A stretch of DNA of 64,000 nt from assembly GCA_045538535.1 (NCBI GenBank), contig JAZSRN010000053.1, forward strand, positions 15,315 through 79,314, read 5' to 3'. Below are positions 1 to 10,070 of this stretch, in pieces; position 1 is the stretch's first letter; every line of letters begins with the position of its first letter. The stretch comes from Candidatus Gastranaerophilaceae bacterium (GTDB lineage Bacteria > Cyanobacteriota > Vampirovibrionia > Gastranaerophilales > Gastranaerophilaceae). The notes beneath the pieces are model-generated. The model was not told the origin of the DNA. It saw only the letters and a list, made by a program, of their open reading frames with translations, and did no database searches. Position numbers and translations under genes: made by a program.

Positions 1-327
1 GGCATGTATCTTGCAATGTCTAGAGTTGCTGAAAGAGAAGGATACCCAGAAATTGCAGAAGCATATAAAAGATATGCATTTGAAGAAGCAGAACACGCTG
101 CAAAATTCGCGGAACTTCTTGGCGAAGTTGTAACTGATTCAACAAAGAAAAACCTAGAACTTAGAGCGGATGCTGAACACGGCGCTTGCGAAGGCAAATT
201 GGCTATCGCAGTGCGTGCAAAACAATTAGGCTATGATGCAATTCATGATACAGTTCACGAAATGGCAAAAGACGAAGCTCGTCATGGAAAAGGTTTTGAC
301 GGATTATTGAAAAGATATTTTTCATAA
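1..327 (+). CDS. Rubrerythrin/ferritin-like diiron protein, C-terminal part (5' end outside window)
   Basis: The frame is open from base 1. Two ExxH diiron motifs are present ([18 protein letters not shown]). A strong hairpin terminator follows. Confidence 0.75.
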   Translation, partial: GMYLAMSRVAEREGYPEIAEAYKRYAFEEAEHAAKFAELLGEVVTDSTKKNLELRADAEHGACEGKLAIAVRAKQLGYDAIHDTVHEMAKDEARHGKGFDGLLKRYFS

Positions 328-351
328 ACTACGGAAACTAATATTACAAAC

Positions 352-382
352 AAACGGCGTTGGAGAAATCCAACGCCGTTTT
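352..382. terminator. Bidirectional rho-independent terminator between convergent genes
   Basis: AAACGGCGTTGG-agaaat-CCAACGCCGTTT is a perfect 12-bp stem with an A-run on one side and a T-run on the other. Confidence 0.85.
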
Positions 383-401
383 AACATATAAAAAAATAAA
401 A

Positions 402-689
402 CTAAATTCTATTGTGCCAAACTCCGCCTCGTCTATCAACAAAAGCATCGTAACAAGACCAAAATCTAAAAATACCTGTCAAACCAAGTACAGCGTGTGT
501 AACGTTCTTGTCAACCGGATTGTCTAACATCAATTGCCCCAACCCTGGCCAAATTAGCAACGAAACCGCTGCTGCACCTACTGATTTGCCGGAAACTTTA
601 CCCGGAGTACCTTCGGTACCGCCCGCCATAACCGGAGTAGCGGTTAATATTAAACCTAACAACAAAGTTAATACTAAAACTTTTTTCAT
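402..689 (-). CDS. Small secreted/membrane protein, unknown function
   Basis: N-terminal signal-like segment MKKVLVLTLLLGLILTATPVMA plus a second hydrophobic stretch. The family is not recognised. Confidence 0.45.
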   Translation of the reverse strand: MKKVLVLTLLLGLILTATPVMAGGTEGTPGKVSGKSVGAAAVSLLIWPGLGQLMLDNPVDKNVTHAVLGLTGIFRFWSCYDAFVDRRGGVWHNRI

Positions 690-705
690 ATTTAACTTCC
701 TTTCC

Positions 706-2391
706 TTAAAGATTTACTAACTCTTTTACTTCTTTACGTTTAATTTTTCTCGTTGTAGTTTTTGGTAACGCGTCTTTTCGAACTACAATTGTTCCCGGAC
801 GTTTATAAGATGTCAATTGATTACATAATAACTTAACATCATCTTTTACCATTTTAACCAAAGTTTCCTCATCGTATTTTGCAAACAAATGTTCATGCGG
901 GATTACTACAGCAACAACTTCTTCGGTTCCACCTTTTGCCCCAAAAGTTCGTGAATAACCAAACACGCAAGTTTCGGCAACATATTGACTTTTTTCAATA
1001 ACTGATTCAACTTCTTCAGGGAAAACCTTTTTACCACCGGATAATACAATCATATTTTTAATTCTACCGGTAATAAAAATATGTCCATCTTTATCAATCT
1101 TGGCAATGTCACCGGTATGCAACCATCCATCTTCATCGATAGTTTCAGCAGTAAGTTCAGGTTGATTGTGATAACCCTTCATCACAGAAGGCCCTCTCAA
1201 TTGCAATTCGCCGGTTTCTTTATCAATACGAGACTCAAAATGCGGTAACGGACGACCAACCGAAGCCAAGATATTTCTCTTATCGTAATTTACAGACACA
1301 ACCGGACTTGTTTCTGATAAACCATAACCTTGGTAAACTTTAATACCGATTCGCTCAAAAAATTGTCCGACGTTAACATCTAATGGCGCACCTCCCGAAA
1401 TACAACCGATAAAATGTCCGCCAAATTTGTCATGAATCTTTTTGAATAAGAGTTTTTTAATACCGTATGACGGAATAAATTTTGCTAAATGATACATGAA
1501 TTTAAAGATCATTTTAGTTGCTTTTGGCGCTTTTTCCAGTTCATTTTCAATACCCGCCTTTAATAACTTCAAAAATGCAGGAACAACAATCATAAACTCA
1601 ATTTGTTTTTCTGTCATTATGCTAAGTATATCTTTAGGTTTAAGACTTTGGGTATAATAAACCGAAAATCCGAAATTCAAGAATGTTGAGAAACCAACTG
1701 TCATCTCAAACAAGTGATTCATCGGCAAAATAGACAAAACTTTTACTTCTCTATCGTTTAAAATTTGTTTTAACGCAAAGGTTAAATCCTCTAATTGTGC
1801 CATCATGTTTGAAAAAGATATTTCAACACCTTTAGGAGCACCAGTAGTACCGGAGGTATAAATAATAAACGCTGTAGATTTAGAACTTCTATGACGCCAT
1901 TTAGTTTCATATTTATCCGGCAATTCATAAATATTCTTCAAATCAGTATATTTAGAATGTTCATCCATTGTGATAATTTCTCTTATTGAAGGAATTGATT
2001 TTTGAAGTTCTTTTGCGGTTTCAACGAACTGCTCAGATACCAACATAACTGTTGGTTCACAATCTTTCAATATTGATGTTAATTCATAGATTGTAAGTTT
2101 AATATCCAACGGAACTGTAGTCATACCGGAAATGATAGACGCAAAAACACACGCACCATATTCAGGTTTTGACTCCGAAAGAATTGCTAATCTTTCACCT
2201 TTTTTAACCTCCATATCATTAATCAAATGATACGCAAGCTTTCTGGACATAAGCCCTAAACCGCGGTATGTAAATTCTCTCCATCCAAAAGCACCTTTAA
2301 TCCCAAGTGCCACTTTTTCGTAGTAAAATTCTGTCTTGTCTTGCAGTAACGACAATACGTTAGTTGATCTTAATCCCATAAATTTCTCCAT
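706..2391 (-). CDS. AMP-dependent acyl-CoA synthetase (long-chain fatty acid-CoA ligase-like)
   Basis: AMP-binding signature YTSGTTGAPKGV, then GYGLSET and TGDIAKIDKDG motifs. The 561-aa length is typical of FadD-like ligases. Confidence 0.85.
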   Translation of the reverse strand: MEKFMGLRSTNVLSLLQDKTEFYYEKVALGIKGAFGWREFTYRGLGLMSRKLAYHLINDMEVKKGERLAILSESKPEYGACVFASIISGMTTVPLDIKLTIYELTSILKDCEPTVMLVSEQFVETAKELQKSIPSIREIITMDEHSKYTDLKNIYELPDKYETKWRHRSSKSTAFIIYTSGTTGAPKGVEISFSNMMAQLEDLTFALKQILNDREVKVLSILPMNHLFEMTVGFSTFLNFGFSVYYTQSLKPKDILSIMTEKQIEFMIVVPAFLKLLKAGIENELEKAPKATKMIFKFMYHLAKFIPSYGIKKLLFKKIHDKFGGHFIGCISGGAPLDVNVGQFFERIGIKVYQGYGLSETSPVVSVNYDKRNILASVGRPLPHFESRIDKETGELQLRGPSVMKGYHNQPELTAETIDEDGWLHTGDIAKIDKDGHIFITGRIKNMIVLSGGKKVFPEEVESVIEKSQYVAETCVFGYSRTFGAKGGTEEVVAVVIPHEHLFAKYDEETLVKMVKDDVKLLCNQLTSYKRPGTIVVRKDALPKTTTRKIKRKEVKELVNL

Positions 2392-2509
2392 ATATCCACT
2401 AAACTTATAATGTTATTTTATTATCCGCAATACAAAAAGTCAACATTTTAAGCTTTTTTCAACTTTTTTGTGTTAAAATTAGTTCACAAGAGAAGAAATA
2501 AGGATTATT

Positions 2510-3844
2510 ATGAAAAAAGTTTATATTGAAACACTAGGTTGCCAAATGAACAAATCAGATTCTGAAAGAATGCTCGGGATGTTATATCACTTTGGTTACG
2601 AAGAAACAACAACCGCTGAAGATGCAGATTTACTAATGATTAACACTTGCTCTATAAGACAGCTAAGTGAAGATAAAGCGTTCAGCCAAGTCGGCACTTG
2701 GGGACGTTGGAAAAAGCTTGGTAAAGATATAAAAATAGGTTTTTGCGGTTGCGTTGCACAACAAAAGGCTCAAGAGGTTTTGAAACGTGCGCCTTATGTA
2801 GATTTTGTTATGGGGACTCATAAACTTTATTCACTCCCTGAGATTATAAAAAGAGTGGAAAATGGAGAACGGGTTTGCGAATGCGAAGAAACACATCTTG
2901 TAAATGAAGACAAAGATAATGAATTCAAAATTATGCGCGTAAAATCTACTAACGCTTGGATACCGATAACTGAAGGTTGCAATAATTTTTGTACATACTG
3001 TATTGTACCGTACACAAGAGGTCGTGAACGTTCACGTGCACCCGAAACAATCATCAAAGAGGCTAAAGATGCACTAAACGAAGGTTTCAAAGAAATTACA
3101 CTACTGGGACAAAATGTTGATAGTTATGGCAAAGATTTTAAAGACAAAAACTATCGTCTGGCAAACCTTTTGAGAGACTTAAACGCACTTGAAGGCCAAT
3201 TTAGAATACGTTTTGTAACTTCTTATCCTACAGACATTACGGATGAATTGATTGATACCGTTGTTGAACTGGATAAAGTTTGCGAATATTTCCATATACC
3301 TATGCAATCCGGTAGTAGCGAAGTACTAAAAAAAATGAATAGACGCTATGACCGAGAAACCTATGCAAAAATTGTTCGACACGTACGCGCAAAAGTTCCG
3401 GATGTAACAATTACAAGTGACTTTATTGCAGGCTTCCCAGGTGAAACCGAAGAACAATTTGTGGAAACATTAACTGCTATAGATGAATTTGAGCTTGATT
3501 ATTCAAATGTAGCAGCTTATTCGCCAAGGGAAAAAACAGTTGCCGCAAAATGGGTCGACAAATATATTCCGGAAAACATAAAAGAAGAAAGATTTCAAAG
3601 ATTAAACAACAAGGTTAAGGAAAACTGTTTGAAATCCAACCAAAAATTTGTCGGTAGAGAAATGGAAGTTTTAATCGAAAGCTTTTATGAGCATAAAGGT
3701 CAAATGATTAACACCGGCAAAACCAGAAATAATAAAACGGTTCATATCCCTTGTAAAACTGATTTGACCGGACAATTTGTAATGGTTAAAATCGTTGGTA
3801 CAAAAACTTGGTATATGAACGGAGAGCTTTTAGAACAAATTTAA
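2510..3844 (+). CDS. miaB: tRNA-i6A37 methylthiotransferase (radical SAM MTTase)
   Basis: N-terminal MTTase motif ETLGCQMNKSDSE, radical SAM CNNFCTYC and a C-terminal TRAM-like region. GGA-rich RBS upstream. Confidence 0.8.
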   Translation: MKKVYIETLGCQMNKSDSERMLGMLYHFGYEETTTAEDADLLMINTCSIRQLSEDKAFSQVGTWGRWKKLGKDIKIGFCGCVAQQKAQEVLKRAPYVDFVMGTHKLYSLPEIIKRVENGERVCECEETHLVNEDKDNEFKIMRVKSTNAWIPITEGCNNFCTYCIVPYTRGRERSRAPETIIKEAKDALNEGFKEITLLGQNVDSYGKDFKDKNYRLANLLRDLNALEGQFRIRFVTSYPTDITDELIDTVVELDKVCEYFHIPMQSGSSEVLKKMNRRYDRETYAKIVRHVRAKVPDVTITSDFIAGFPGETEEQFVETLTAIDEFELDYSNVAAYSPREKTVAAKWVDKYIPENIKEERFQRLNNKVKENCLKSNQKFVGREMEVLIESFYEHKGQMINTGKTRNNKTVHIPCKTDLTGQFVMVKIVGTKTWYMNGELLEQI

Positions 3845-3932
3845 AACCCTAATCGAGAAAGCTTAACATTCGCAATAATTTATTGAAAAATAAGAGAAAA
3901 CCTTTTAATATTTTAAGATAAAAGAGGTTTAT

Positions 3933-4646
3933 ATGGCAAATATTCAAAAACGTATTCTTATTGTTGATGATGATAATGAAATTAGGGATTTATTAGAGTT
4001 CGATATCGCACAAAGCGGCTATTTTGTTGATACTGCAAAGGACGGTTTAGAAGGCTTAAATAAAGCCCTTAACAATACTTATGACTTGATTTTATTAGAT
4101 GTCATGATGCCCAAAATGAACGGTTTTGATGTTGCTAAAAATATTAGACAAGCAAAACTGGCAATTCCCATATTGATGTTAACGGCAAAAGGAACAATTG
4201 ATGATAAAACCGAAGGTTTCGACTCCGGAGTTGATGATTATTTGGTAAAACCCTTCGATATTCAAGAAGTTCTGTTGCGAATAAAAGTATTATTAAGAAG
4301 AAATCAGATTGAAGATAAAAATTCACTTTCCGATGAAGTCTTGCAAGCTGGAGATATACAAATTTTTCCTGAAAGTTTAGAAACTGTGGTGGTAAACAAA
4401 CGAACAAAACTTACCCCAACAGAATTTGAAATTTTATATTGCTTACTACAGCATTTTAACCAACCTGTAACTTTGGCAACACTACTGGATGAAGTTTGGG
4501 GATATGATAGCAACGAAGATGTCCGCATGCTTCGTGTTCACGTCGGAGGCCTTCGTAATAAAATTGAACCCGATCCGAAAAATCCAAAATATTTGCATAC
4601 AGTTACAAATGTTGGTTATAAATTAACACCATTTAGCGGAGAATAG
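3933..4646 (+). CDS. OmpR-family response regulator
   Basis: Receiver domain (ILIVDDD...LILLDVMMPKMNG...LTAKG) plus a winged-helix trans_reg_C tail (LTPTEFEIL...VHVGGLRNKIE). Confidence 0.9.
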   Translation: MANIQKRILIVDDDNEIRDLLEFDIAQSGYFVDTAKDGLEGLNKALNNTYDLILLDVMMPKMNGFDVAKNIRQAKLAIPILMLTAKGTIDDKTEGFDSGVDDYLVKPFDIQEVLLRIKVLLRRNQIEDKNSLSDEVLQAGDIQIFPESLETVVVNKRTKLTPTEFEILYCLLQHFNQPVTLATLLDEVWGYDSNEDVRMLRVHVGGLRNKIEPDPKNPKYLHTVTNVGYKLTPFSGE

Positions 4647-4650
4647 TTAT

Positions 4651-6342
4651 ATGGCTATAAAATTCAAATTACATAGATTAAAAATTGTCGAACAAATTGC
4701 GATAGTTTTTTTCTTTGCAGTACTTATTCCAATGTCGGTAAGCGGCTTTATCATCAACAATATTAACCAACAAGCAGTACGGGCACAATTAAGAGACTAC
4801 GCCGTTTTAATCGCAAACGTTGTATCAGATGAAATTGATTTTTATACAGATAATGTACGTGACAGAGTTAATCAAATAGCTTCTGCACTCAAATTTTTCA
4901 ACACAGATTCAGAAAAAAGAATTTATTTAAATTCCGTAATGCAAAAATTCGAAAATTGTAAAGGTTTTGAATTTGCCGAAACAAAAGAACAAGTAGAAGA
5001 ATTAACGGAACAAAACAAACTAGAACATAAATCCACAGTTGCGGCCGTTATGGATGACGGTCGATATCTTGTGGTTGCATACGATCCTAGTTCTCTAAAA
5101 GATGAACTTTTCCATTCTCTAAAAGATGATTCTCGCCAAATTTATGTGCTAACTAATGAAGGAAAATTAATGGCAGAGCACAACTATACAGAGAAAGATT
5201 TCAAAAAAACTATGGCATTATTGCCAAAAAATCTCAAAACAAATGTTGCCGTAATATTTGGAGATGTAAAAAATCAACCGCTTGTTTATGTAAAAAAAAC
5301 GGACCCTAAAATTACCATTATCGTCAATACTACAGAAAAAATAACAAATACCACTATTAACGAAGACAGAATAAAAATTATTCTCTCGATACTTGCTGCA
5401 ATTTCTGTAATTTTTGGCGTTACACTAATTTACATCTTTTACTTGTATATTAACATAAGACAACTCTTCAAAGGTGTTATTGCAATTTCAAAGGGTAATT
5501 ACGAGCGTCAAATAAGGCTTTTGACCAGTGCTTTTACGCCGTATGAAATCGTATTTCTTTCTAAAGAATTCAACAAAATGGCGGGCGAAATTCACAAATC
5601 ATACCTCCAATTAAAAAGAAATAACAAAGAATTAAAACAACTAAACGAATTTCGCTCAAATTTAATTGATACGGTTAGCCACGAATTGAGAACACCATTA
5701 ACAAGTATACAAGGCTATACTTCGCGTCTAATGCGTCAAGATATCGAAATCAATGAAGAAACAAAACAAAAATCGTTAAGAATCATTAAAGAGCAATCCG
5801 AAAGACTAAAACACTTGATAGAAGATTTACTGACAGTACCGGATATTGAAGGCATGCGCCTAAGAACAATTAGCGAATCAGTTTGGTTGCCGGAAGTTAT
5901 GGAAGATGCCAGAATGCTTATAAGAAACAAACGAGCAATGGAATTTAACATTAATATCGATGAAAACTTCCCGCATCTTTTAGGTGATAAAAATCGACTT
6001 ATACAAGTTTTTGTCAACTTACTTGAAAACGCTGCAAAATATGCCGATGAAAATACTACCATAAATGTAACGGCAAGATATGATGAAAAATTTGCAAAAA
6101 TTCAAGTAAACAACCAATGCCCACAAATTCCACCTAAAAAACTCAACAAATTGTTCGAAAAATTTGTCCGCCTTGACGACAATACAACAAGAACAACCGG
6201 AGGAACAGGCTTGGGTTTGTTTATTGTTAAAGGATTAATTGAAGCAATGAACGGAAAAATAACGTTGAGGTCAACTTCTGAAATAGGTTTTTCGGCAGAA
6301 GTTACAATCCCTCTTGATACACAAAACGAGGTTCTTGCCTAA
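4651..6342 (+). CDS. Membrane sensor histidine kinase (HAMP + HisKA + HATPase)
   Basis: Two TM segments, H-box SHELRTPLTSIQGY, N-box NLLENAAKY and G-box GGTGLGLFIVKG. Lies 4 nt downstream of the regulator. Confidence 0.85.
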   Translation: MAIKFKLHRLKIVEQIAIVFFFAVLIPMSVSGFIINNINQQAVRAQLRDYAVLIANVVSDEIDFYTDNVRDRVNQIASALKFFNTDSEKRIYLNSVMQKFENCKGFEFAETKEQVEELTEQNKLEHKSTVAAVMDDGRYLVVAYDPSSLKDELFHSLKDDSRQIYVLTNEGKLMAEHNYTEKDFKKTMALLPKNLKTNVAVIFGDVKNQPLVYVKKTDPKITIIVNTTEKITNTTINEDRIKIILSILAAISVIFGVTLIYIFYLYINIRQLFKGVIAISKGNYERQIRLLTSAFTPYEIVFLSKEFNKMAGEIHKSYLQLKRNNKELKQLNEFRSNLIDTVSHELRTPLTSIQGYTSRLMRQDIEINEETKQKSLRIIKEQSERLKHLIEDLLTVPDIEGMRLRTISESVWLPEVMEDARMLIRNKRAMEFNINIDENFPHLLGDKNRLIQVFVNLLENAAKYADENTTINVTARYDEKFAKIQVNNQCPQIPPKKLNKLFEKFVRLDDNTTRTTGGTGLGLFIVKGLIEAMNGKITLRSTSEIGFSAEVTIPLDTQNEVLA

Positions 6343-6794
6343 TGGACTTTATGAAACAAGCAATAAATGCACTAAATTCTCAAGATAATTTTTCTGAAAT
6401 TCCGGTATGCGCAATTATTACAAAAAATAACGAAATTATTGCTATAGGTTTTAATCATAAAGAAAGTAAAAATGATGTTACATCACATGCCGAAATTGAA
6501 GCATTAAGGCTTGCTTCACAAAAACTCGGCAGATGGCGTCTTGAAGATTGCGAAATGTACGTCACTCTAGAACCATGCCCTATGTGCGCTTGGGCAATAA
6601 TTCAATCACGAATTAAAACCGTTTACTTCGGCAGTTACGATGAACTCTATGGCGGATTAATGTCAAAGTTGAATCTTCGACAACTCGGAAACTCAAAACT
6701 GAAAGTTTACGGCGGGATAATGCAGACCGAATGCGACAAAATCCTTGAAAATTATTTTTCAAATTTAAGACTAAAAATTAACCCAAAAGAATAG
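6342..6794 (+). CDS. tadA: tRNA-specific adenosine deaminase
   Basis: CDA zinc motifs HAEIEAL and PCPMCAWA in a 150-aa protein. The start overlaps the kinase stop (TAATG). Confidence 0.85.
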   Translation: MDFMKQAINALNSQDNFSEIPVCAIITKNNEIIAIGFNHKESKNDVTSHAEIEALRLASQKLGRWRLEDCEMYVTLEPCPMCAWAIIQSRIKTVYFGSYDELYGGLMSKLNLRQLGNSKLKVYGGIMQTECDKILENYFSNLRLKINPKE

Positions 6795-6828
6795 TTGCCA
6801 TAATGTTTTTTTTAGCTAAAATAACATT

Positions 6829-7179
6829 ATGATAAAAAGATTTGTTTCACTAATTGTTTTGATTTTAGCGTTTTCTTTTGCATTTGCAGATGCAGAGACT
6901 TTTGAACGCGTAAAAGCTAGACATATATTAGTAAAAACCCAAAAAGAAGCCATCGCTATTAAAAAAGATTTGGACGAGGGCGGAAGCTTTAATTATTATG
7001 CTAAATACCACTCAATATGTCCGTCTGGACAAAATGGTGGGGATTTAGGATTTTTTGGAAAAGGACAAATGGTAAAAGAATTTGAAAACGCAGCCTTTGC
7101 GTTACCTATCGGACAAGTATCGGAGCCAATACACACGCAATTTGGTTGGCATTTGATAGTTGTTGATGACAGAATTTAA
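6829..7179 (+). CDS. Parvulin-type peptidyl-prolyl cis-trans isomerase with signal peptide
   Basis: ARHILV...GGDLGFFGKGQMVKEFENAAF...GWHLI is a PpiC-type rotamase pattern. Hydrophobic N-terminus. Confidence 0.85.
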   Translation: MIKRFVSLIVLILAFSFAFADAETFERVKARHILVKTQKEAIAIKKDLDEGGSFNYYAKYHSICPSGQNGGDLGFFGKGQMVKEFENAAFALPIGQVSEPIHTQFGWHLIVVDDRI

Positions 7180-7207
7180 AAAGGGTTGATAAAAAATCAA
7201 CCCTTTT
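7179..7207. terminator. Bidirectional rho-independent terminator
   Basis: GGGTTGAT-aaaaa-ATCAACCC flanked by an A-run and a T-run, between convergent genes. Confidence 0.85.
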
Positions 7208-7227
7208 ACTTTATCCACAACCGTTAA

Positions 7228-7599
7228 TTATTTTTCTGCATTTTCTTCGTTTTTAAGGTCTGTGCTATCTTGAGCTTTTTGAAGTTTTGCTTGAACTTTT
7301 TGGAGTTTTTTAATCAATTTTTGTTCTTGCTTGCGCACCTTTTTTTCACCTTCCGGAAGATAAAAATCAGCTTGGTCTACAAAATGCATTCTCTCCCAAC
7401 ATCCCGGAACTTGAGATTCCTTTGAACAAATACTGTTGCGCCAAGTTTCACCGGTTTTCTTATCCAACAAGATTGTCAACATATTATCAGCAGTGATAAT
7501 TTTGTATCTGTCCGTTTCATCAAATTTTGGATGTAAAAAATCCGCAACCAATAACACTAACACTATTGCAATAGCAGTATTTAGAATTTTGTCTTTCAT
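7228..7599 (-). CDS. Membrane-anchored hypothetical protein with K/Q-rich coiled tail
   Basis: Single N-terminal TM (AIAIVLVLLVADFL). No recognisable family. Confidence 0.45.
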   Translation of the reverse strand: MKDKILNTAIAIVLVLLVADFLHPKFDETDRYKIITADNMLTILLDKKTGETWRNSICSKESQVPGCWERMHFVDQADFYLPEGEKKVRKQEQKLIKKLQKVQAKLQKAQDSTDLKNEENAEK

Positions 7600-7743
7600 A
7601 ATCCTCTTCTCCTTCTTGGAATATTATAATATATAAATTAAAATTTGTCATCTTTTTACAAATAGCCCAAGTGGGTAATTCCCATTATTTATTTATAGAT
7701 TTATCATATCAACGAAGGCAAAAAATAGGAATAAGTAATATTT

Positions 7744-8412
7744 ATGGAAAACGATAAAATCCAACTTTATATTGTAGAAGACTACATGTTAACAAGGGCA
7801 ACATACAAGCATTTCTTAAGTAAAAAACAAGACATTGAACTTCTCGGAGACTTCGAAAACGCAGAAAACTGTATTGATGCAATGCAAGAAAAAGAAGCCG
7901 ATGTAATTTTGATGGACCTAGGACTTCCAAAAATGAACGGACTGGAAGCAACTAAAATCTTAAAAGAGCGTTATCCAGCCGCAAAAGTTATTATATTAAC
8001 CTCACACGAACAAGAAGAAGAAATTTTAGCATCATTAGCAACCGGTGCCAACGCATACGTTTTGAAAGATATTGATTTCGGCGTTTTATATAACGTCATT
8101 CAATTAGTAAACAACGGGGCAATATGGATTGATCCAAAAATCGCACAAGTTGCACTTTCCGCCTTCCCTAAACCGGTTTCGACAAATTTCAACAACCTTT
8201 ATGACAAAAAAGTTTTAGATACAAATCTTACCAAACGAGAAATTGAAGTTCTGCGTTTAATTGTACAAGGAAAATCAAACACTGAAATCGCGGACGAAAT
8301 CCTTATTAGTCCAAATACAGCAAAAGCCCACGTTTGCAGCATTTTGCAAAAATTATCGGTAACCGATAGAGTTCAAGCTGCGGTTAAAGCTGTTAAACAA
8401 AATTTATTATAA
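7744..8412 (+). CDS. NarL/LuxR-family response regulator
   Basis: Receiver domain (LYIVEDY...ILMDLGLPKMNG) plus a LuxR-type HTH (LTKREIEVLRLIVQGKSNTEIADEILISPNTAKAHV). Confidence 0.9.
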   Translation: MENDKIQLYIVEDYMLTRATYKHFLSKKQDIELLGDFENAENCIDAMQEKEADVILMDLGLPKMNGLEATKILKERYPAAKVIILTSHEQEEEILASLATGANAYVLKDIDFGVLYNVIQLVNNGAIWIDPKIAQVALSAFPKPVSTNFNNLYDKKVLDTNLTKREIEVLRLIVQGKSNTEIADEILISPNTAKAHVCSILQKLSVTDRVQAAVKAVKQNLL

Positions 8413-8438
8413 CGTCACGTTCAATAAAAGGGATAGAA

Positions 8439-10070
8439 ATGAAGACAATTATAGTTTATGCAACAATCGCAGTAATATGCGCAACCTTCACAATATGTAA
8501 TTCAATACCGATAGATACAGTCAGCAGATTTTTAATTTCAGTCTGCATACTTGTATTGACAGTATTAATACAACAATGGATTAGAATAAATACTCTTTCA
8601 TCAAGACTTGAATACAAAAAAAACTTTATAGAAACATTTATAAAAAATTGTCCTGATATCGTTGATATAAAAGATGAAAACTTTAAATATTTAGTTTGTA
8701 ACAGTGCTTTTTGCACCGCTTTTGGTATTGCTCAACCTAAAGATGTTGAAGGCAGAGATGATTTTTCTATAATGAATAACGAAGCTGCACAAATAATTCG
8801 TAATCACGACGAAATGGTTGTACGATATGGCGCAGTTGAAAAATACAATGTAAAAATCAAACTAAATGATACCGGTTATAAAATATATGAAATTATTTCG
8901 GCACCTATGAGACAAAAAGATGGTATTGTAGGTATCGTAACTATTTCAAGAGATATGACTATTAGAGAAAATCTAAGAAAACAATATATCGAAAATTTAT
9001 ATCAAATGAATGCTATACTGGAAAATCTACCAGTAATTGCATACCTTAAAGACAGAAACGGGAACTACATTAGAGGCAATGACAAGCTTGCAAAACTTTT
9101 CAATTGTCCTGAAAGCGAAATAATAGGCAGACCTACAAAAGATTTATACAGAGAACATGGAATAGACTCCGTAGAAGAAATCGACGAAAAAATATTCCAA
9201 GGTAAAAAAGGTGCGAATTTTGATATTAAAATTAAAATATCAGAAGGTAATGACGAATGGTTCAGAGTTTATAAAGCACCAATTTTTGACTCTTCGGATG
9301 AAGTTTCTGGAATAACGGTCTTTTTAACCAACATAACAGCCGAAAAAGACTTGGAAAAACAACGCGAAACATTTATCGCGACACTAAGTCACGATTTAAA
9401 AACACCTACAATCGCTCAAATTCGTTCTCTCGAGCTTTTACTTCGAGAAGACTTTGGCTCTTTAAATGAAGAACAACGAGACATGCTTAATTTGACACTT
9501 GATTCTTGCAGATATATGTACGAAATGGTAACAACCGTTCTTTCCTCATATAAATACGAAAGTGGTGAAGTTAATCTAAACTTGAAAGATACAAACATCC
9601 AAGAGCTTACGCAAGAATGTTGCAACGAAATAAAACATTTACTAAAAGAAAAAAATCTAACAATTAGAACAAATACAGAAAACTTATCAAACAACATTTT
9701 AATTGTCGATAAAGTGCAAATCAAAAGAGTCATAACCAACTTTTTATCTAACGCACTTTCATACGCTTACGACAACTCAGAAATTGTAATCACTATGGAA
9801 AATGACCGTAAAAACAATTTTATATTTAAACTAAAAAGTAAAAGCCCATACATCGAGCCAGAACTAATGAAAACATTGTTCAAAAAATATACAACACACG
9901 CTTCTAAATTCAATAAAGTGGGTGATGGTTTAGGTTTATATTTAGCAAAACAAATCGTAACTCTTCACGGTGGAAAAGTCCTTGCTGAAAGTTGTAAAAA
10001 TGAAGAAAATATCTTTGGTTTTATCCTTAAAGCAACAAGTAATGCTCAATTAATAGTCAAAGAAAACTAA
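8439..10070 (+). CDS. Sensor histidine kinase with PAS-like domains
   Basis: Two N-terminal TM segments, two PAS-like segments, H-box LSHDLKTPTIAQ and G-box GDGLGLYLAKQIV. Confidence 0.85.
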   Translation: MKTIIVYATIAVICATFTICNSIPIDTVSRFLISVCILVLTVLIQQWIRINTLSSRLEYKKNFIETFIKNCPDIVDIKDENFKYLVCNSAFCTAFGIAQPKDVEGRDDFSIMNNEAAQIIRNHDEMVVRYGAVEKYNVKIKLNDTGYKIYEIISAPMRQKDGIVGIVTISRDMTIRENLRKQYIENLYQMNAILENLPVIAYLKDRNGNYIRGNDKLAKLFNCPESEIIGRPTKDLYREHGIDSVEEIDEKIFQGKKGANFDIKIKISEGNDEWFRVYKAPIFDSSDEVSGITVFLTNITAEKDLEKQRETFIATLSHDLKTPTIAQIRSLELLLREDFGSLNEEQRDMLNLTLDSCRYMYEMVTTVLSSYKYESGEVNLNLKDTNIQELTQECCNEIKHLLKEKNLTIRTNTENLSNNILIVDKVQIKRVITNFLSNALSYAYDNSEIVITMENDRKNNFIFKLKSKSPYIEPELMKTLFKKYTTHASKFNKVGDGLGLYLAKQIVTLHGGKVLAESCKNEENIFGFILKATSNAQLIVKEN